This document shows, piece after piece, positions 1 through 10,023 of a stretch of DNA of 64,000 nucleotides. Made by a program: the position numbers and the translations under genes. Location: contig CAVYIP010000007.1 in assembly GCA_963768605.1 (NCBI GenBank), forward strand, positions 44,726-108,725, in the 5' to 3' direction. This DNA is from an uncultured Actinomycetes bacterium (GTDB taxonomy: Bacteria; Actinomycetota; Acidimicrobiia; IMCC26256; JACDBD01). Positions within the stretch are counted from its first letter, which is position 1. Every line of letters begins with the position of its first letter. A model generated the notes under the pieces. That model was not told the DNA's origin. It did no database searches and worked only from the letters and a program-made list of their open reading frames with translations.

Positions 1-442
1 ACGACGCGCCTTGCGCAGCGGCGAGCGCGAGGTGGTTCCGCGGGTCAGCGACCTCGACGCGCTCGTCGCCTCGACGGCAGGGAAGATCGAGTTCGAGACG
101 CTCGACGACGGCCGCGAGGAGCAGGTGCTCGAGCGCATCGTCAAGGCGTCGGTGCTCGAGGTGTTCCGGGCCCGTACCCGACCCGAGCGCCTGGCGCGGC
201 TGGTGGCCGCGTTCGACGAGGGTGTCACGGTGAACACGGGCGAGGATGTCGCCGCGTCGGAGTACGCCGGGCTGCTCCCGAAGCTCGACGGCCTGCGCGA
301 TGCGCTCGCCGACCTCGGCGTGGGCGAGACGCCCGCCGGCGTCGCGTCCGCGGTCGAGTTCGTCCTCGAGGGACTCCATCTCTCCAAGCGCCTCAACAAG
401 GACGCCGTCGGCGGCAAGGCCACGTACCGCGGCCGGGGGTAG
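1..442 (+). CDS. AAA+ ATPase (ChlI/MoxR-like) C-terminal fragment; 5' end lies outside the window
   Basis: The ORF is open to the window edge and stops at 440-442. Its C-terminal helical segment (VLERIVKASVLEVFR ... AVEFVLEGLHLSKRLNKD) is typical of the ATPase that partners the YSRWDGTQ-type VWA protein at 2121-4136. Confidence 0.5.
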   Translation, partial: RRALRSGEREVVPRVSDLDALVASTAGKIEFETLDDGREEQVLERIVKASVLEVFRARTRPERLARLVAAFDEGVTVNTGEDVAASEYAGLLPKLDGLRDALADLGVGETPAGVASAVEFVLEGLHLSKRLNKDAVGGKATYRGRG

Positions 443-469
443 ACCACCGCAGCGCGGCACACTGGGAGT

Positions 470-1175
470 GTGAGCACGCGCCAGGCCGACATCGTCGACT
501 ACTACGCCGAGCTGGGAGTGGCCCCTGACGCCTCGCCGGCCGAGATCGGCTCCGCGTACCGCGCCCTGGCGAAGACGCTGCACCCGGATGCGAGGCCGAC
601 CGATCCCGCCGCCGACGACCGGTTCAAGCGCGTCGCAGCGGCATACCGGGTGCTCGCCAGCGTCGAGCGCCGTCGTGACTACGACGAGCGGCGGGCGCAC
701 GGGCTCGCGCCCGTTGCGGCCGCGGAGCGACCGGTCGCGACGACGCAAGCCGCGGCGCCGCCCAGCCGGCGCGGCGCCCGCTGGGCTGATTGCCGGCGGT
801 ATCGCGTGCCTCGTAGTCGGCGTCGCGGCGACGGCCCTGATCATCTCCTTGCAACGGCACGACGCCGACCTGCGCAGTCGCGGCACGCCCGCCACCGCGA
901 CGGTCGTGCTGGACGGCACCGAGCGGCGGCTCGAGTTCACGACCGCCACGGGCCAGACCGTCCACGCACCTGAGCCGGTGCGCACCGGCACAGGAGAGAA
1001 GCCGGTGGGTTCGCAGGTGCAGATCCGCTACGACCCCGATCACCCGACCGAGGTGATCACGAACGACGACAAGCTCGCCCGCGACATCACGCTCTGGATC
1101 GTGGCGGTGAAGCTGCTCGTCGTCGGCGCGTTCTTCGTCTGGTGGGGCGCGCGCCGCCTGCGCCGCCTCGCCTGA
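470..1175 (+). pseudogene. J-domain (DnaJ-like) protein with C-terminal DUF3592-type membrane domain; frame broken as assembled
   Basis: The N-terminus (DYYAELGV..AYRALAKTLHPD...RRDYDE) is in the frame of ORF 470-973. The TM and DUF3592-like part (LIAGGIACLVVGV...IRYDPDHP...LWIVAVKLLVV) is in ORF 588-1175. The frames switch around 740-790, in the +1 direction. Confidence 0.7.
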
Positions 1176-1187
1176 GCCACGCGCCGA

Positions 1188-1619
1188 TCAGATCCCGCCG
1201 CCGCCCTGGCGTTCGTAGAACCCGCACCCCTGGGCCGCGTACCGGTTCACGTTCTCGACGGCTCGTTTGACGTTCGGGTCGTCCTTGACCGACTTGTCCG
1301 TCTCGACCCGGCGCAACGCGTCGACGAAGGTCTGCGCGTCGGCCTTGATCTTGGCGGGCGCGGTGTCGACCATGCGCTGCACGAGCCCGATCTGCTCGTC
1401 GATCTTCGCGTTCCTCGATACGCGGTCGTCGTAGCGCGCCGCCGCCTTGCAGAACGCCAATGGCGCTTTGGGGGCGTCGCCACCTTCGGATCCACAGCCT
1501 GCGGCCAGCGTCGCGGCCGCAGCGACGACGACGACGATCGCGGCGACTCGGGCGGGCACGACATCGATTGTGGCGGAGTGCGCCGCCGAACCGGGAGTCG
1601 TAGGGTCGGCGCAGCGCAC
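1188..1619 (-). CDS. Hypothetical secreted lipoprotein
   Basis: 143-aa ORF with a hydrophobic signal segment followed by a lipobox-like LAAGC. No recognisable catalytic motifs. Confidence 0.55.
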   Translation of the reverse strand: MRCADPTTPGSAAHSATIDVVPARVAAIVVVVAAAATLAAGCGSEGGDAPKAPLAFCKAAARYDDRVSRNAKIDEQIGLVQRMVDTAPAKIKADAQTFVDALRRVETDKSVKDDPNVKRAVENVNRYAAQGCGFYERQGGGGI

Positions 1620-1633
1620 GTCAGGGAGGTGCG

Positions 1634-2101
1634 GTGATGGCAGCAGAGGGTATTGAGGGCAGGGCGACGATCCAGATCCAGGCGCCGCCCGAGAAGGTCT
1701 ACGACATGATCACCGACGTCAGTCGCATGGGCGAGTGGAGCCCGGAGACCGTTCGGGCCGAGTGGGTCGGCGGCGTCACCGGTCCGGCCGTCGGCGCCCG
1801 GTTCAAGGGCCACAACAAGCTCGGGCTGGCGAGGTGGTCGACCACGCCGACGGTGAAGGTCGCTGACGCCGGTAAGGAGTTCACGTTCGAGACCGGCAAG
1901 CCGGGCAAGGAAGCCACCCGCTGGACGTACCGGTTCGCGCCCAAGGACGGCGGCACCGAGTTGACCGAGTCGTTCGAGGCGCTCCGTTACGGCGCATTCA
2001 TGAAGATCACCGCCAAGCCCGAGAAGCGCACCGCGAAGCTCACCGGCGACATCCAGCAGACGCTCGAGCGCATCAAGCAAGCGGCAGAAGGCTCGGCGTG
2101 A
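1634..2101 (+). CDS. SRPBCC family protein (polyketide cyclase/dehydrase-like)
   Basis: 155 aa. The pattern IQAPPEKVYDMITDVSRMGEWSPE...FKGHNK...FEALRYG is typical of SRPBCC/START-fold proteins. Confidence 0.75.
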   Translation: MMAAEGIEGRATIQIQAPPEKVYDMITDVSRMGEWSPETVRAEWVGGVTGPAVGARFKGHNKLGLARWSTTPTVKVADAGKEFTFETGKPGKEATRWTYRFAPKDGGTELTESFEALRYGAFMKITAKPEKRTAKLTGDIQQTLERIKQAAEGSA

Positions 2102-2120
2102 GCCGGTAGCCTCGACGCAT

Positions 2121-4136
2121 ATGCGACTTCGGCGGCGTCAAGCGCGCGGGTTCCAGTACTCCCGCTGGGACGGTACCCAGACCGGGTTCGACCTCGACGC
2201 CGACGCCCTGCTCGAGGAGATGTCGGACGACCTCCTGTACCACGGCGACCTGAACGCCGCCCTGCGCCGGATGCTCCAGCAGGGCTTCCGCGACCGCAAC
2301 GACGAGGAGCTCATGGGGCTCCGGGAGATGCTCGAGCGGTTGCGGCAACGCCGGCGCGAGGAGCTGGAACGGCGCGACCTCGGCGGCGTCTACGACGACA
2401 TCGCCGAGAAGCTCCGCGAGGTCACCGACCAGGAGCGGGCCGGCATCGACCGGCGCGTCGACGAAGCCCAGCAGTCGGGTGACCGGCGCCGGCAGGAGAT
2501 CGTCGAGGACCTCGCGCAGCAGCGGCGGCAGGAGCTCGACGAGCTCCCGCCCGACCTCGCCAGCCAGGTGCAGGGGCTCCAGAACTACGACTTCATGGAC
2601 GACGCCGCTCGCCAGCGGTTCGAGGAGCTCATGGACGAGCTGCGACAGCAGCTGCTCGAGAGCTACTTCAACCAGATGTCCGAAGGGATGCGCGACGTCT
2701 CGCCCGAGCAGATGCAGCGCATGAAGGACATGCTCGCCGACCTCAACCAGATGCTGGAGCAGCGCGAGCGCGGCGAGGAGCCCGACTTCAAGGGCTTCAT
2801 GGACAAGTACGGCGACTTCTTCCCGGGCAACCCGCAGACGCTCGACGAGCTGCTCGAGCAGATGGCGCAGTCGATGGCGCAGATGCAACAGCTGATGAAC
2901 TCGATGACGCCCGAGCAGCGCGCCCAGCTCCAGGGGCTCGCCCAGTCGCTGCTCGAGGACCTCGACCTGCGCTGGCAGGTCGACGAGCTGGCGCGCAACC
3001 TGCAGAACGCGTTCCCGAACATGCCGTGGAACCGCAGCATGAACTTCTCGGGCGACGACCCGATGCAGCTCGGCCAGGTCCCCGGCCTGCTCGACATGCT
3101 CGGCAACATCGACGACCTCGAGCACCTGCTGCAGTCGGCGACCCAGCCCGGCGAGCTCGCCGAGGTCGACATCGACCAGGCCCGCGACCTGCTCGGCGAC
3201 GACGCCGCCCGCTCACTCGAACGGCTGCGCGAGCTCGCCCGCATGCTCGAGGAGGCCGGCCTGATCGAACAGCGCGAGGGTCGCCTCGAGCTCACCCCGA
3301 AGGGCATCCGCGCCATCGGCAACAAGGCGCTCGGCGACCTGTACCGCAAGCTGCTCAAGGACCGTGCCGGCCGCCACGAGATCGAGCGCTCCGGCGTCGG
3401 CAACGAGCGCGCGTTCGAGCACAAGCCCTACGAGTTCGGCGACCCGTTCCACCTCAACGTCGAGGAGACGGTCAAGAACGCCATCTGGCGCGGAGGCGGC
3501 GGAACCCCGGTGCGCCTCGCACCGACCGACTTCGAGGTCGAGCGCACCGAGCTCCTCAGCCGCTCGTCGACCGTGCTGCTCCTGGACGTGTCGCTCTCGA
3601 TGCCGATGCGCGACAACTTCTTGTCGGCCAAGAAGGTCGCGATGGCGTTGCACGCGCTCATCACGACCAAGTTCCCGCGTGACTACTTCGGGCTGGTGAG
3701 CTTCGGGCGCGTCGCCCGCGAGGTGAAGCCCGAGCTCCTCCCCGAGATGTCCTGGGACTTCGAGTGGGGCACGAACATGCAGCACGCGCTCATGCTCGCC
3801 CGGAAGCAACTCGCCCGCGAGGGCGGGACCAAGCAGGTGATCATGGTCACCGACGGCGAGCCCACCGCCCACATCGAGGGCGGCGAGGCCTACTTCCAGT
3901 ACCCGCCGTCGCCGGTGACGATCGAGGAGACGCTCAAGGAAGTGATGCGGTGCACCCGCGAGGGCATCCGCATCAATACCTTCATGCTCGACGAGAGCTA
4001 CTACCTCCGCAGCTTCGTCGAGCGCATGATGCGCATGAACAAAGGGCGAGCGTTCTTCACGACGCCCGACACGCTCGGCGACTACGTCCTCGTCGACTTC
4101 CTGGAGCAGAAGCGCGAAACCCGCCGCGCCAGCTGA
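2121..4136 (+). CDS. VWA domain-containing protein (COG4867-like)
   Basis: Intact 671-aa ORF. It has an N-terminal YSRWDGTQ motif, a long acidic coiled region, and a C-terminal VWA with a MIDAS-like LLLDVSLSM ... VIMVTDGEPTAH. Confidence 0.85.
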   Translation: MRLRRRQARGFQYSRWDGTQTGFDLDADALLEEMSDDLLYHGDLNAALRRMLQQGFRDRNDEELMGLREMLERLRQRRREELERRDLGGVYDDIAEKLREVTDQERAGIDRRVDEAQQSGDRRRQEIVEDLAQQRRQELDELPPDLASQVQGLQNYDFMDDAARQRFEELMDELRQQLLESYFNQMSEGMRDVSPEQMQRMKDMLADLNQMLEQRERGEEPDFKGFMDKYGDFFPGNPQTLDELLEQMAQSMAQMQQLMNSMTPEQRAQLQGLAQSLLEDLDLRWQVDELARNLQNAFPNMPWNRSMNFSGDDPMQLGQVPGLLDMLGNIDDLEHLLQSATQPGELAEVDIDQARDLLGDDAARSLERLRELARMLEEAGLIEQREGRLELTPKGIRAIGNKALGDLYRKLLKDRAGRHEIERSGVGNERAFEHKPYEFGDPFHLNVEETVKNAIWRGGGGTPVRLAPTDFEVERTELLSRSSTVLLLDVSLSMPMRDNFLSAKKVAMALHALITTKFPRDYFGLVSFGRVAREVKPELLPEMSWDFEWGTNMQHALMLARKQLAREGGTKQVIMVTDGEPTAHIEGGEAYFQYPPSPVTIEETLKEVMRCTREGIRINTFMLDESYYLRSFVERMMRMNKGRAFFTTPDTLGDYVLVDFLEQKRETRRAS

Positions 4137-4223
4137 CGCAGGGTGAGCGGCCGCCGCCGGTCATCGTCGGCGGGGCCCACCCAGCCCACCTCCGGCGTCT
4201 CGCTGCGCTCGCCGCCGAACCCC

Positions 4224-4241
4224 GCCGACGACGCCGTCGGC
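4224..4241. terminator. Candidate hairpin between convergent genes (VWA and macro-domain)
   Basis: GCCGACG-ACGC-CGTCGGC gives a 7-bp stem and 4-nt loop. There is no U tract. Confidence 0.3.
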
Positions 4242-4269
4242 GTCCGCTCACGGCATCCTGTCGAGTCCC

Positions 4270-4836
4270 CTACTTCCCGAGGGCAAGCTGATACGCGGCG
4301 AGCGTCCGGTCGTCGAAGCACACGAAGCGGATGAGGTCGACGTCGGTGTCGGCGTCCTGGCAGGTGCGGACGGCGATCGCGGTGGCGGCGTCGAGCGGGT
4401 AGCCGTAGATGCCGGTCGAGATGGCGGGGAAGGCGACGGATCGGGCGCCGAGCTCGTCGGCCACTGCCAGGGTGCGGCGGTAGGCGGAGGCGAGCTGATC
4501 GGGCTCGCCGGCGTCGCCGCCGCGCCAGACGGGGCCGACGGCGTGGATGATCCAGCGGGCGGGGAGGCGGAAGCCGGGGGTCGCCTTGGCGTCGCCGGTG
4601 GGGCAGCCGCCGACCTCGGCGCAGGCGGCATCGAGGTCGGGGCCGGCGGCGGCGAAGATCGCCCCGCACACGCCGCCGCCGCGGGTGAGGCCCGAATTGG
4701 CGGCGTTCACGATCGCGTCGACGGTTTCCCGGGTGATATCGCCCTGCACCGCCTCGAGCGCCGCCGCCACAAAAGCGCAGCCTAGAGCCGCCGATACCCG
4801 GCAGAAACGGGACGAATCGGACCGGCTCGGGCACAT
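4270..4836 (-). CDS. Macro domain protein (O-acetyl-ADP-ribose deacetylase-like)
   Basis: GDIT...[17 protein letters not shown]...IIHAVGPVW...[15 protein letters not shown] are canonical macro-domain motifs. The true start may be internal to the ORF. Confidence 0.85.
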   Translation of the reverse strand: MCPSRSDSSRFCRVSAALGCAFVAAALEAVQGDITRETVDAIVNAANSGLTRGGGVCGAIFAAAGPDLDAACAEVGGCPTGDAKATPGFRLPARWIIHAVGPVWRGGDAGEPDQLASAYRRTLAVADELGARSVAFPAISTGIYGYPLDAATAIAVRTCQDADTDVDLIRFVCFDDRTLAAYQLALGK

Positions 4837-4949
4837 TTCCCCTTGCGCCGCCGGCCCGGACGGGTCAGAGTGGCATTGTTGTAATTACATCGGCGTCATT
4901 TCCGGGGGGGCGGGCCCGTTCGGGGTGACAGACCAGAGGGGGATGGCCG

Positions 4950-5264
4950 ATGCGAGAGATCGTCCGAACAGAGGGTCTGGGTGCCCGTCCCGCCGGCGCG
5001 AACGGCGGGCCGGAGGAGCGTCGCTGGCAGGAGCAGGCCAACTGCCTGGGGGTCGATCCCGACCTCTTCTTCCCCGAGCGGGGCGCCTCCACCAAGGAGG
5101 CCAAGGCGGTGTGCCGGGGCTGTGAGGTCCGGGTGGAGTGCCTCGAGTACGCCCTCAGCCACGGCGAGAAGTTCGGCATCTGGGGCGGCCTGTCCGAGCG
5201 GGAGCGCCGCCGGGTCCGGCGCCAGCGGGCCCTCGAGCGCCAGCGCCGCGCCCTCACCGCCTGA
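4950..5264 (+). CDS. whiB: WhiB family transcriptional regulator (WhiB2-like)
   Basis: C-X..-CRGCEVRVEC four-Cys pattern plus GIWGGLSERERRR. An AT-rich island lies upstream at about 4875-4905. Confidence 0.9.
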   Translation: MREIVRTEGLGARPAGANGGPEERRWQEQANCLGVDPDLFFPERGASTKEAKAVCRGCEVRVECLEYALSHGEKFGIWGGLSERERRRVRRQRALERQRRALTA

Positions 5265-5277
5265 CCCGACGCGCCGG

Positions 5278-6138
5278 TCAACGCGCTTCGAGCCGGGCCT
5301 CGATCGTCTGGTCGTCGTCGAGATTCGCGCGCCGGCGAAATGCCGGACCGCAGTCCTCGAGCACGGCCCGGGGGAGCAGCCCGACCAGCTCGATCCGATC
5401 CAGCTCCGCGCCCTCGGCGCGCGCCTGGCGCGCCACCTCGGCGCAGGCCTCCTCGAGCCCGGTGGTCTCGAGGTCGGTGAGGTTCAGCGAGACCTGCACC
5501 CGGCGACGTGAGGTGAGCTCGAAGCCGAGGGCGCGCACGCCGGGCAATCCGCCCCCGCTCTCGCGCACGTCGTGGGCGATGCGGCGCGCGAGGTCGACGT
5601 CGTCACGGTCGAGCTCGCAGTTGACGGCGACCAGGGCCGGGCGAGCTCCCACCGCCGTCGCTCCCAGCCGCGGGTGGGGCTCGGAGGGTCCGTAGTCGGG
5701 CATCCGGCGCGCGAACGCGTCGCGCCGCAGCCTCGGGAGCGGACGCTCCTCGGGGTCGGCCTCGCCGTACAGGAACGTCGGCACGTCCAGAGCGTCCGCC
5801 AACCAACCCGCGAAGTAGTGCGCGGTACGCACCGCGCTGGCCCGCGCCTCGGGCGTCCCCGAGAGCGCGACGAACGGGACGACGTCGAGTGCGCCCAGCC
5901 GCGGGTGCACGCCCTCGCGCCAGGAGGTGTCGACGTGTCGGGCGACCGCTTCCGCGAGCTGAACTGCGGCGCGCTCGACCGCCTCCGGGGGATCGCCGGC
6001 GAGTGTGAACACCGACCGGTTGTGGTCCGGATCGGCATGCACGTCGAGCAGGGGACCCCCACACGCGGTGGCGAGCCGATCGACGACGTCACGGCGTCGC
6101 CCTTCCGACACGTTCGGCACGCATTCGAGCACCCGCAC
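5278..6138 (-). CDS. ftcD: Glutamate formimidoyltransferase
   Basis: The N-terminus MRVLECVPNVSEGRR and the length (286 aa) match the formiminotransferase domain family. Confidence 0.8.
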   Translation of the reverse strand: MRVLECVPNVSEGRRRDVVDRLATACGGPLLDVHADPDHNRSVFTLAGDPPEAVERAAVQLAEAVARHVDTSWREGVHPRLGALDVVPFVALSGTPEARASAVRTAHYFAGWLADALDVPTFLYGEADPEERPLPRLRRDAFARRMPDYGPSEPHPRLGATAVGARPALVAVNCELDRDDVDLARRIAHDVRESGGGLPGVRALGFELTSRRRVQVSLNLTDLETTGLEEACAEVARQARAEGAELDRIELVGLLPRAVLEDCGPAFRRRANLDDDQTIEARLEAR

Positions 6139-6180
6139 AGGTTACGAAGCGGCGTGCTGCCGCACGTAGGCTCGGCAGTC

Positions 6181-7171
6181 GTGCGTGTCGGCCTCGCGCT
6201 TCCTCAATACGACTACTCGGTACCGGGTGAATCGCCGCTGCGGTGGGGCACCCTGCTCGAGCACGCGCAACGGGCCGAGGCGCTCGGCTTCGACTCGCTG
6301 TGGCTCTCGGACCACTTGTTCCTCGACATCGCCAAGTACGGCGGGACGGCCGAGCCCCACGGGATCTACGAGCCCCTCGTCTCCCTGGCCGCGCTGGCTC
6401 GCACCGTCACCCGTCCCCGCCTCGGCACGCTGGTCGCGTGCGAGGCGCTGCGGCCGGCGTCGGTCCTCGCCAAGGCCCTCGCCACGCTCGACCGGATCTG
6501 CGCCGGCCGGCTCGACGTCGGTCTCGGCGCAGGGTGGTACGCGCCCGAGTACGAGGCCGTCGGGCTGGCGTTCCCGCCGCCCGCTGAGCGACTGGACCGT
6601 CTGGCCGAGGCGGTCGAAGTCGTCCGCGGCCTGCTCGGTGGCGGGCCGCTCTCCTTCGACGGTCGCTATCACCGCGCCGCGGGCGCGGTGAACCGGCCGC
6701 CGGCGGTGCAGGAGCCGCGACCGCCGGTGTTCGTGGGCGGGAAGGGCGACCGGCTCATCCAGCTCGCGGTCGAGCACGCCGACGGCTGGAACACGTGTTG
6801 GGTGTGGACGCCCGACGCGTACCGGGATCGCCTCGACGTGGTCGAACGATCGTGCGACAAGGTCGGGCGCGATCCCGCCACCGTGTGGCGCTCGCTCGGC
6901 TTGTACGCGCTGGCCGGGGAGGACCGTGCCGACCTCGAGCGCCGGTTCGCCCGCATGCGTGACCTCATGCCGGCCGGCGTCGTCAACGAGACGCTGGACG
7001 AATGGCGCGCCGGCCGGCTGGTCGGGACCGTCGACGAGGTACGCGCCCAGCGCGACGAATGGGACGGCGCTCGGCGTCGAGACCCTCATCGTCGGGGCCG
7101 GCCCGCTGCCCTTCTCGGTCACCACACTCGACGACGTCGAGCTGCTCGCCCACGCGCTCCTCTCCTCCTGA
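6181..7171 (+). pseudogene. LLM class F420-dependent oxidoreductase; one frame break
   Basis: GTG at 6181 (VRVGLALPQY..), then GFDSLWLSDHL ... GLGAGW. The C-terminal ALGVETLIVGAGPLPF continues in the frame of ORF 6926-7171. The break is near 7060-7070 (+1). Confidence 0.8.
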
Positions 7172-7259
7172 GCACACTGCAATGGGCAGCTGATGGTCGT
7201 CCGCCGAGACAAAGGGGTTAACCTCTGTTGGAAGTCCCGAATGGAAAAGGGCACGCCGC

Positions 7260-7442
7260 ATGAACCTGGGCCCGACCGAGCTGATCATCATCCTCGTGAT
7301 CGTCCTGGTGCTGTTCGGCAGCACACGACTCCCGAAGCTCGCCCGCTCGATGGGCCAAGCCTCCAAGGAGTTCAAGAAGGGCGTCAACGAGAGCGAGAAG
7401 TCCTCCGACGAGGACAAGCCGGAGAAGGAAGACTCGGCCTAG
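7260..7442 (+). CDS. tatA: Twin-arginine translocase TatA/E family protein
   Basis: 60 aa: ELIIILVIVLVLFGSTRLPKLARSMGQASKEFKKG followed by an acidic tail. Confidence 0.9.
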   Translation: MNLGPTELIIILVIVLVLFGSTRLPKLARSMGQASKEFKKGVNESEKSSDEDKPEKEDSA

Positions 7443-7487
7443 CTCGCCCCGGCGAGCTCGTCCGATCTGCCCGGCCTGCGGGCCGGG
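7441..7487 (+). terminator. Two tandem GC-rich hairpins after tatA (candidate terminator or attenuator ahead of the sigma factor gene)
   Basis: AGCTCGCC..GGCGAGCT at 7441-7458 and CCCGGCC-TGCG-GGCCGGG at 7470-7487, followed by a T-containing stretch GTTCTTTGTG. Confidence 0.3.
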
Positions 7488-7519
7488 AACCCGGCACCTC
7501 CCTCCCGTCGTTCTTTGTG

Positions 7520-8029
7520 ATGGCCGGCGGGGTCCCGACCTGGGAAGAAGTTGCCCGTGATCACGGGCGCTTCCTCTACAACGTCGCCTACCGCCTGGCC
7601 GGCAATGACAGCGACGCACAGGATCTCGTGCAGGAAGCGCTGCTGCGGGTCCGCAAGGGCCTGGAGCGCTACCAGCCCGGATCACTCGAAGGTTGGTTGG
7701 CCCGGATCGTGACGAACGTGTTCCTCGACGAGGTGCGACGGCGACGGCGACGTCCCGCCGACGCGCTCCCCGAAGACCCCGACTGGGTGCTCCCGCCCGC
7801 GCCCGCCGCCGACCAGGTCTTCACCGGCTTGTCCGATGACGTGCAGGCCGCGCTGGCGTCGCTGCCCGACGAGTTCCGCTCCGCCGTCGTCCTCTGCGAC
7901 GTCGCCGACCTGCCGTACGAGGAGATCGCCGAGTCGCTCGGCGTCCCGGTCGGGACCGTTCGATCACGGATCCACCGAGGCCGCCGGCTGCTGCGCGACG
8001 CACTCGTGAGCACAGGAGAGACGGCGTGA
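7520..8029 (+). CDS. sigE: ECF (sigma-70 family) RNA polymerase sigma factor, SigE-like
   Basis: Region 2 (DAQDLVQEALLRV..ERY..GSLEGWLARIVTNVFLDE) and region 4 (LPDEFRSAVVLCDV.DLPYEEIAESLGVPVGTVRSRIHRGR). ATG at 7520, with GTG 7517 as an alternative. It is followed by an anti-sigma gene with a 4-nt overlap. Confidence 0.8.
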   Translation: MAGGVPTWEEVARDHGRFLYNVAYRLAGNDSDAQDLVQEALLRVRKGLERYQPGSLEGWLARIVTNVFLDEVRRRRRRPADALPEDPDWVLPPAPAADQVFTGLSDDVQAALASLPDEFRSAVVLCDVADLPYEEIAESLGVPVGTVRSRIHRGRRLLRDALVSTGETA

Positions 8030-8473
8030 ACGGGCGTCCCGCTCCCGACGACCGGCTCTCCGCCTACCTCGACGGCGAGCTCGACGCTGCCGAGCGCGCC
8101 GATGTCGACGGCTACCTCGCCGAGTCGCCGGAGTGGCGCGCCGAACGCGACGCGGTCGCATACGCGCGCGACGCACTTCGCACCCTGCCCGTGCACGAGG
8201 CGCCGCCCGGCTTCTGGGAGGGTGTTCTCTCTCCGGAGTTGACCCGCGCCCGTGCGCCGACGCCGCTCACGGCTGCCGCGCCTCGTCGCAGCGGCCACTG
8301 CGGGCGTCGCCGTCGCCGCCGTCGTGATCGCGTCGCTCGTGATCCCGTCTCCGGATCGCGTCACGCCGCGCGTGCCTGCGCTCTCCGACTCGCACGCCGT
8401 GCGCACGTCCGTCTCCGACGAGCCCGTCAGCCAGCTGGCGGCCCTCAGCATGATCACTCCGTTCCGGCGATGA
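8026..8473 (+). pseudogene. Anti-sigma factor (RseA/zf-HC2-like, single TM); one frame break
   Basis: The N-terminus LSAYLDGELDAAERADVDGYLAESPEW is in the frame of ORF 8026. The TM part LVAAATAGVAVAAVVIASLVI is in ORF 8252-8473. The switch is around 8235-8290 (+1). Confidence 0.65.
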
Positions 8474-9510
8474 GCATGTGGTCGCCGCGGGGGCTGGCGC
8501 TGCTGGCGGGGGTCGCCGTGCTCGCCGGCCTGGCGCCTCTCGCCCTCTCGACAGAGCCGGCGGCGACGTCGCAGACGGGACCGGGCGTGCAGCTCCTCGA
8601 CGACGCCCGCCGGGCCGCGCAGGAGCAGGACTTCTCGGGCGTCCTCGAAGTGACGTGGTCGGACACTCGCGGTGAGCACAGCAGCGACGTGTTCGTCCGC
8701 AGCGCCAACGGCGTGCTCGCGCTGGGCGACCGGCCCCAGGTGATCGTCGAGGGCGCCCGCCGCTTCGTGCAGGGACCGGACGGGTGGCTGGCGGTCTGGA
8801 GCCAGGAGACCGCGCCGGAGCTGCCGCCTGCGTCCGACAAGTGGGTGTTGTCGGTCCGCGACGGCCCGACCGTCGCCGGCCGGCCGACGCAAGAGATCGA
8901 CGCCACCAACCGCCACGACAACCGCGTCCGCGAGCGGCTCTACCTCGACGAGTCGACGAACCTCCTCCTCCGGCGCGAGCAGCTCGACACCCGCGGGCGC
9001 ACGGTGCGCGCTGTCGGCTTCACGAGCATCGGCGAGCCCGCCGGTACGTTCGTCGGCGCGCTCCCGGCCGAAGCTCCGCACGCGCCGGCGCGCAGCACGA
9101 GCCGCCAGCCGCGCGTGCTCCGGGAGGTCGCGGCTCCGTTCCGCGCGCCCGGGACCGCCGGCGACCGGTTCCAGCTCGCCGGCCGGTACGACGAGGACCA
9201 CGACACGCTTCATCTCTTCTACAGCGACGGGCTCTTCAGCGTGTCGGTGTTCGAGCAGGAGGGCGACCTCGATCCCGCCGGCCTGCCCGCCGGGGCGGAG
9301 TCCCGCACGGTCGACGGGCGCGACGTCCGCCAGTACCACACGCCCGGCGGAGTGGTCATGGTGTGGCAATCAGGCGACGTCGTCTACACGACCGTGTCCG
9401 ATGCCCCCGTCGACCAGATCGACGACGTCGTCGCCGACTTCGGTCCGTCCGGATCACGCAACGCCCTCGACCGCGTCACCGACTTCGTCGTGGGGCCGTT
9501 CTCCTGGTAA
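8470..9510 (+). CDS. MucB/RseB-like sigma-E regulatory protein (secreted)
   Basis: ATG 8470 overlaps the upstream stop (ATGA). It has a signal-like LALLAGVAVLAGLAPLAL. The body and C-terminus (LAGRYDEDHDTLHLFYSDGLFSVSVFEQ) resemble the MucB_RseB family. Confidence 0.6.
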   Translation: MSMWSPRGLALLAGVAVLAGLAPLALSTEPAATSQTGPGVQLLDDARRAAQEQDFSGVLEVTWSDTRGEHSSDVFVRSANGVLALGDRPQVIVEGARRFVQGPDGWLAVWSQETAPELPPASDKWVLSVRDGPTVAGRPTQEIDATNRHDNRVRERLYLDESTNLLLRREQLDTRGRTVRAVGFTSIGEPAGTFVGALPAEAPHAPARSTSRQPRVLREVAAPFRAPGTAGDRFQLAGRYDEDHDTLHLFYSDGLFSVSVFEQEGDLDPAGLPAGAESRTVDGRDVRQYHTPGGVVMVWQSGDVVYTTVSDAPVDQIDDVVADFGPSGSRNALDRVTDFVVGPFSW

Positions 9511-9563
9511 CCCCTGCCGGCCCGGGCGCGGCCGCCCGGCGTCCCGTCCGCTGGTCGCGCGGC

Positions 9564-9854
9564 TCAGGAAGTGGGAGAAGGAGTGCGATGCTCGACGCGG
9601 CGGCGGCGGAGGATGCGCCGGCGTTCGCGCTCTGAGGCGCCGCCCCAGACGCCGTGGTCGATCCGGTAGGTGAGGGCGTACTCGAGACAGGGCTCCTTGA
9701 CCGGGCAGTCGGCGCAGACCTTGCGGGCCTGCTCGACGCCGACCCCGTCGGAGGGGAAGAAATCGTGGGGCGCCCGGCCGCGGCATTTGGCCTCGAGCAT
9801 CCACTGATGCTCCTGGTCGTCGGCGGGGGGCGAGGTGGGGAGGTCGAAATCCAT
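9564..9854 (-). CDS. whiB: WhiB family transcriptional regulator
   Basis: C-X..-CADCPVKEPC Cys pattern and GVWGGASERERRR. Confidence 0.9.
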   Translation of the reverse strand: MDFDLPTSPPADDQEHQWMLEAKCRGRAPHDFFPSDGVGVEQARKVCADCPVKEPCLEYALTYRIDHGVWGGASERERRRILRRRRVEHRTPSPTS

Positions 9855-10023
9855 AGCTTCAGGGGTTCAAACGGTGCCGGACGCGGTCCGGTTCCCGGAA
9901 TTGGGTGGGATCATGCGGGGGCGGAGATGAGAGCAACATGACAACGGTTCCAGGAACCTTCTACGGATCCGGCGGCGTTTGAGATGTCGATGGTGATGAA
10001 CGCCTTTCCTTGGAGTCAGACTG

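Noticed and set aside
2121-4836. The VWA protein plus macro-domain protein (with the AAA+ ATPase) as a possible anti-phage defence or NAD/ADP-ribose signalling system.
   Set aside because: The macro gene is convergent and separated by a hairpin. The ATPase/VWA pair is a widespread housekeeping-type family. No nuclease, TIR, SIR2 or other effector is present.
4875-4905. The AT-rich island upstream of whiB (ATTGTTGTAATTACATCGGCGTCATTTCC) as a third copy of the suf motif.
   Set aside because: It shares only ATTGT and ATTTCC at the same spacing and lacks the CGTAGTG core. It is more likely an ordinary promoter region. Kept as a low-priority candidate only.
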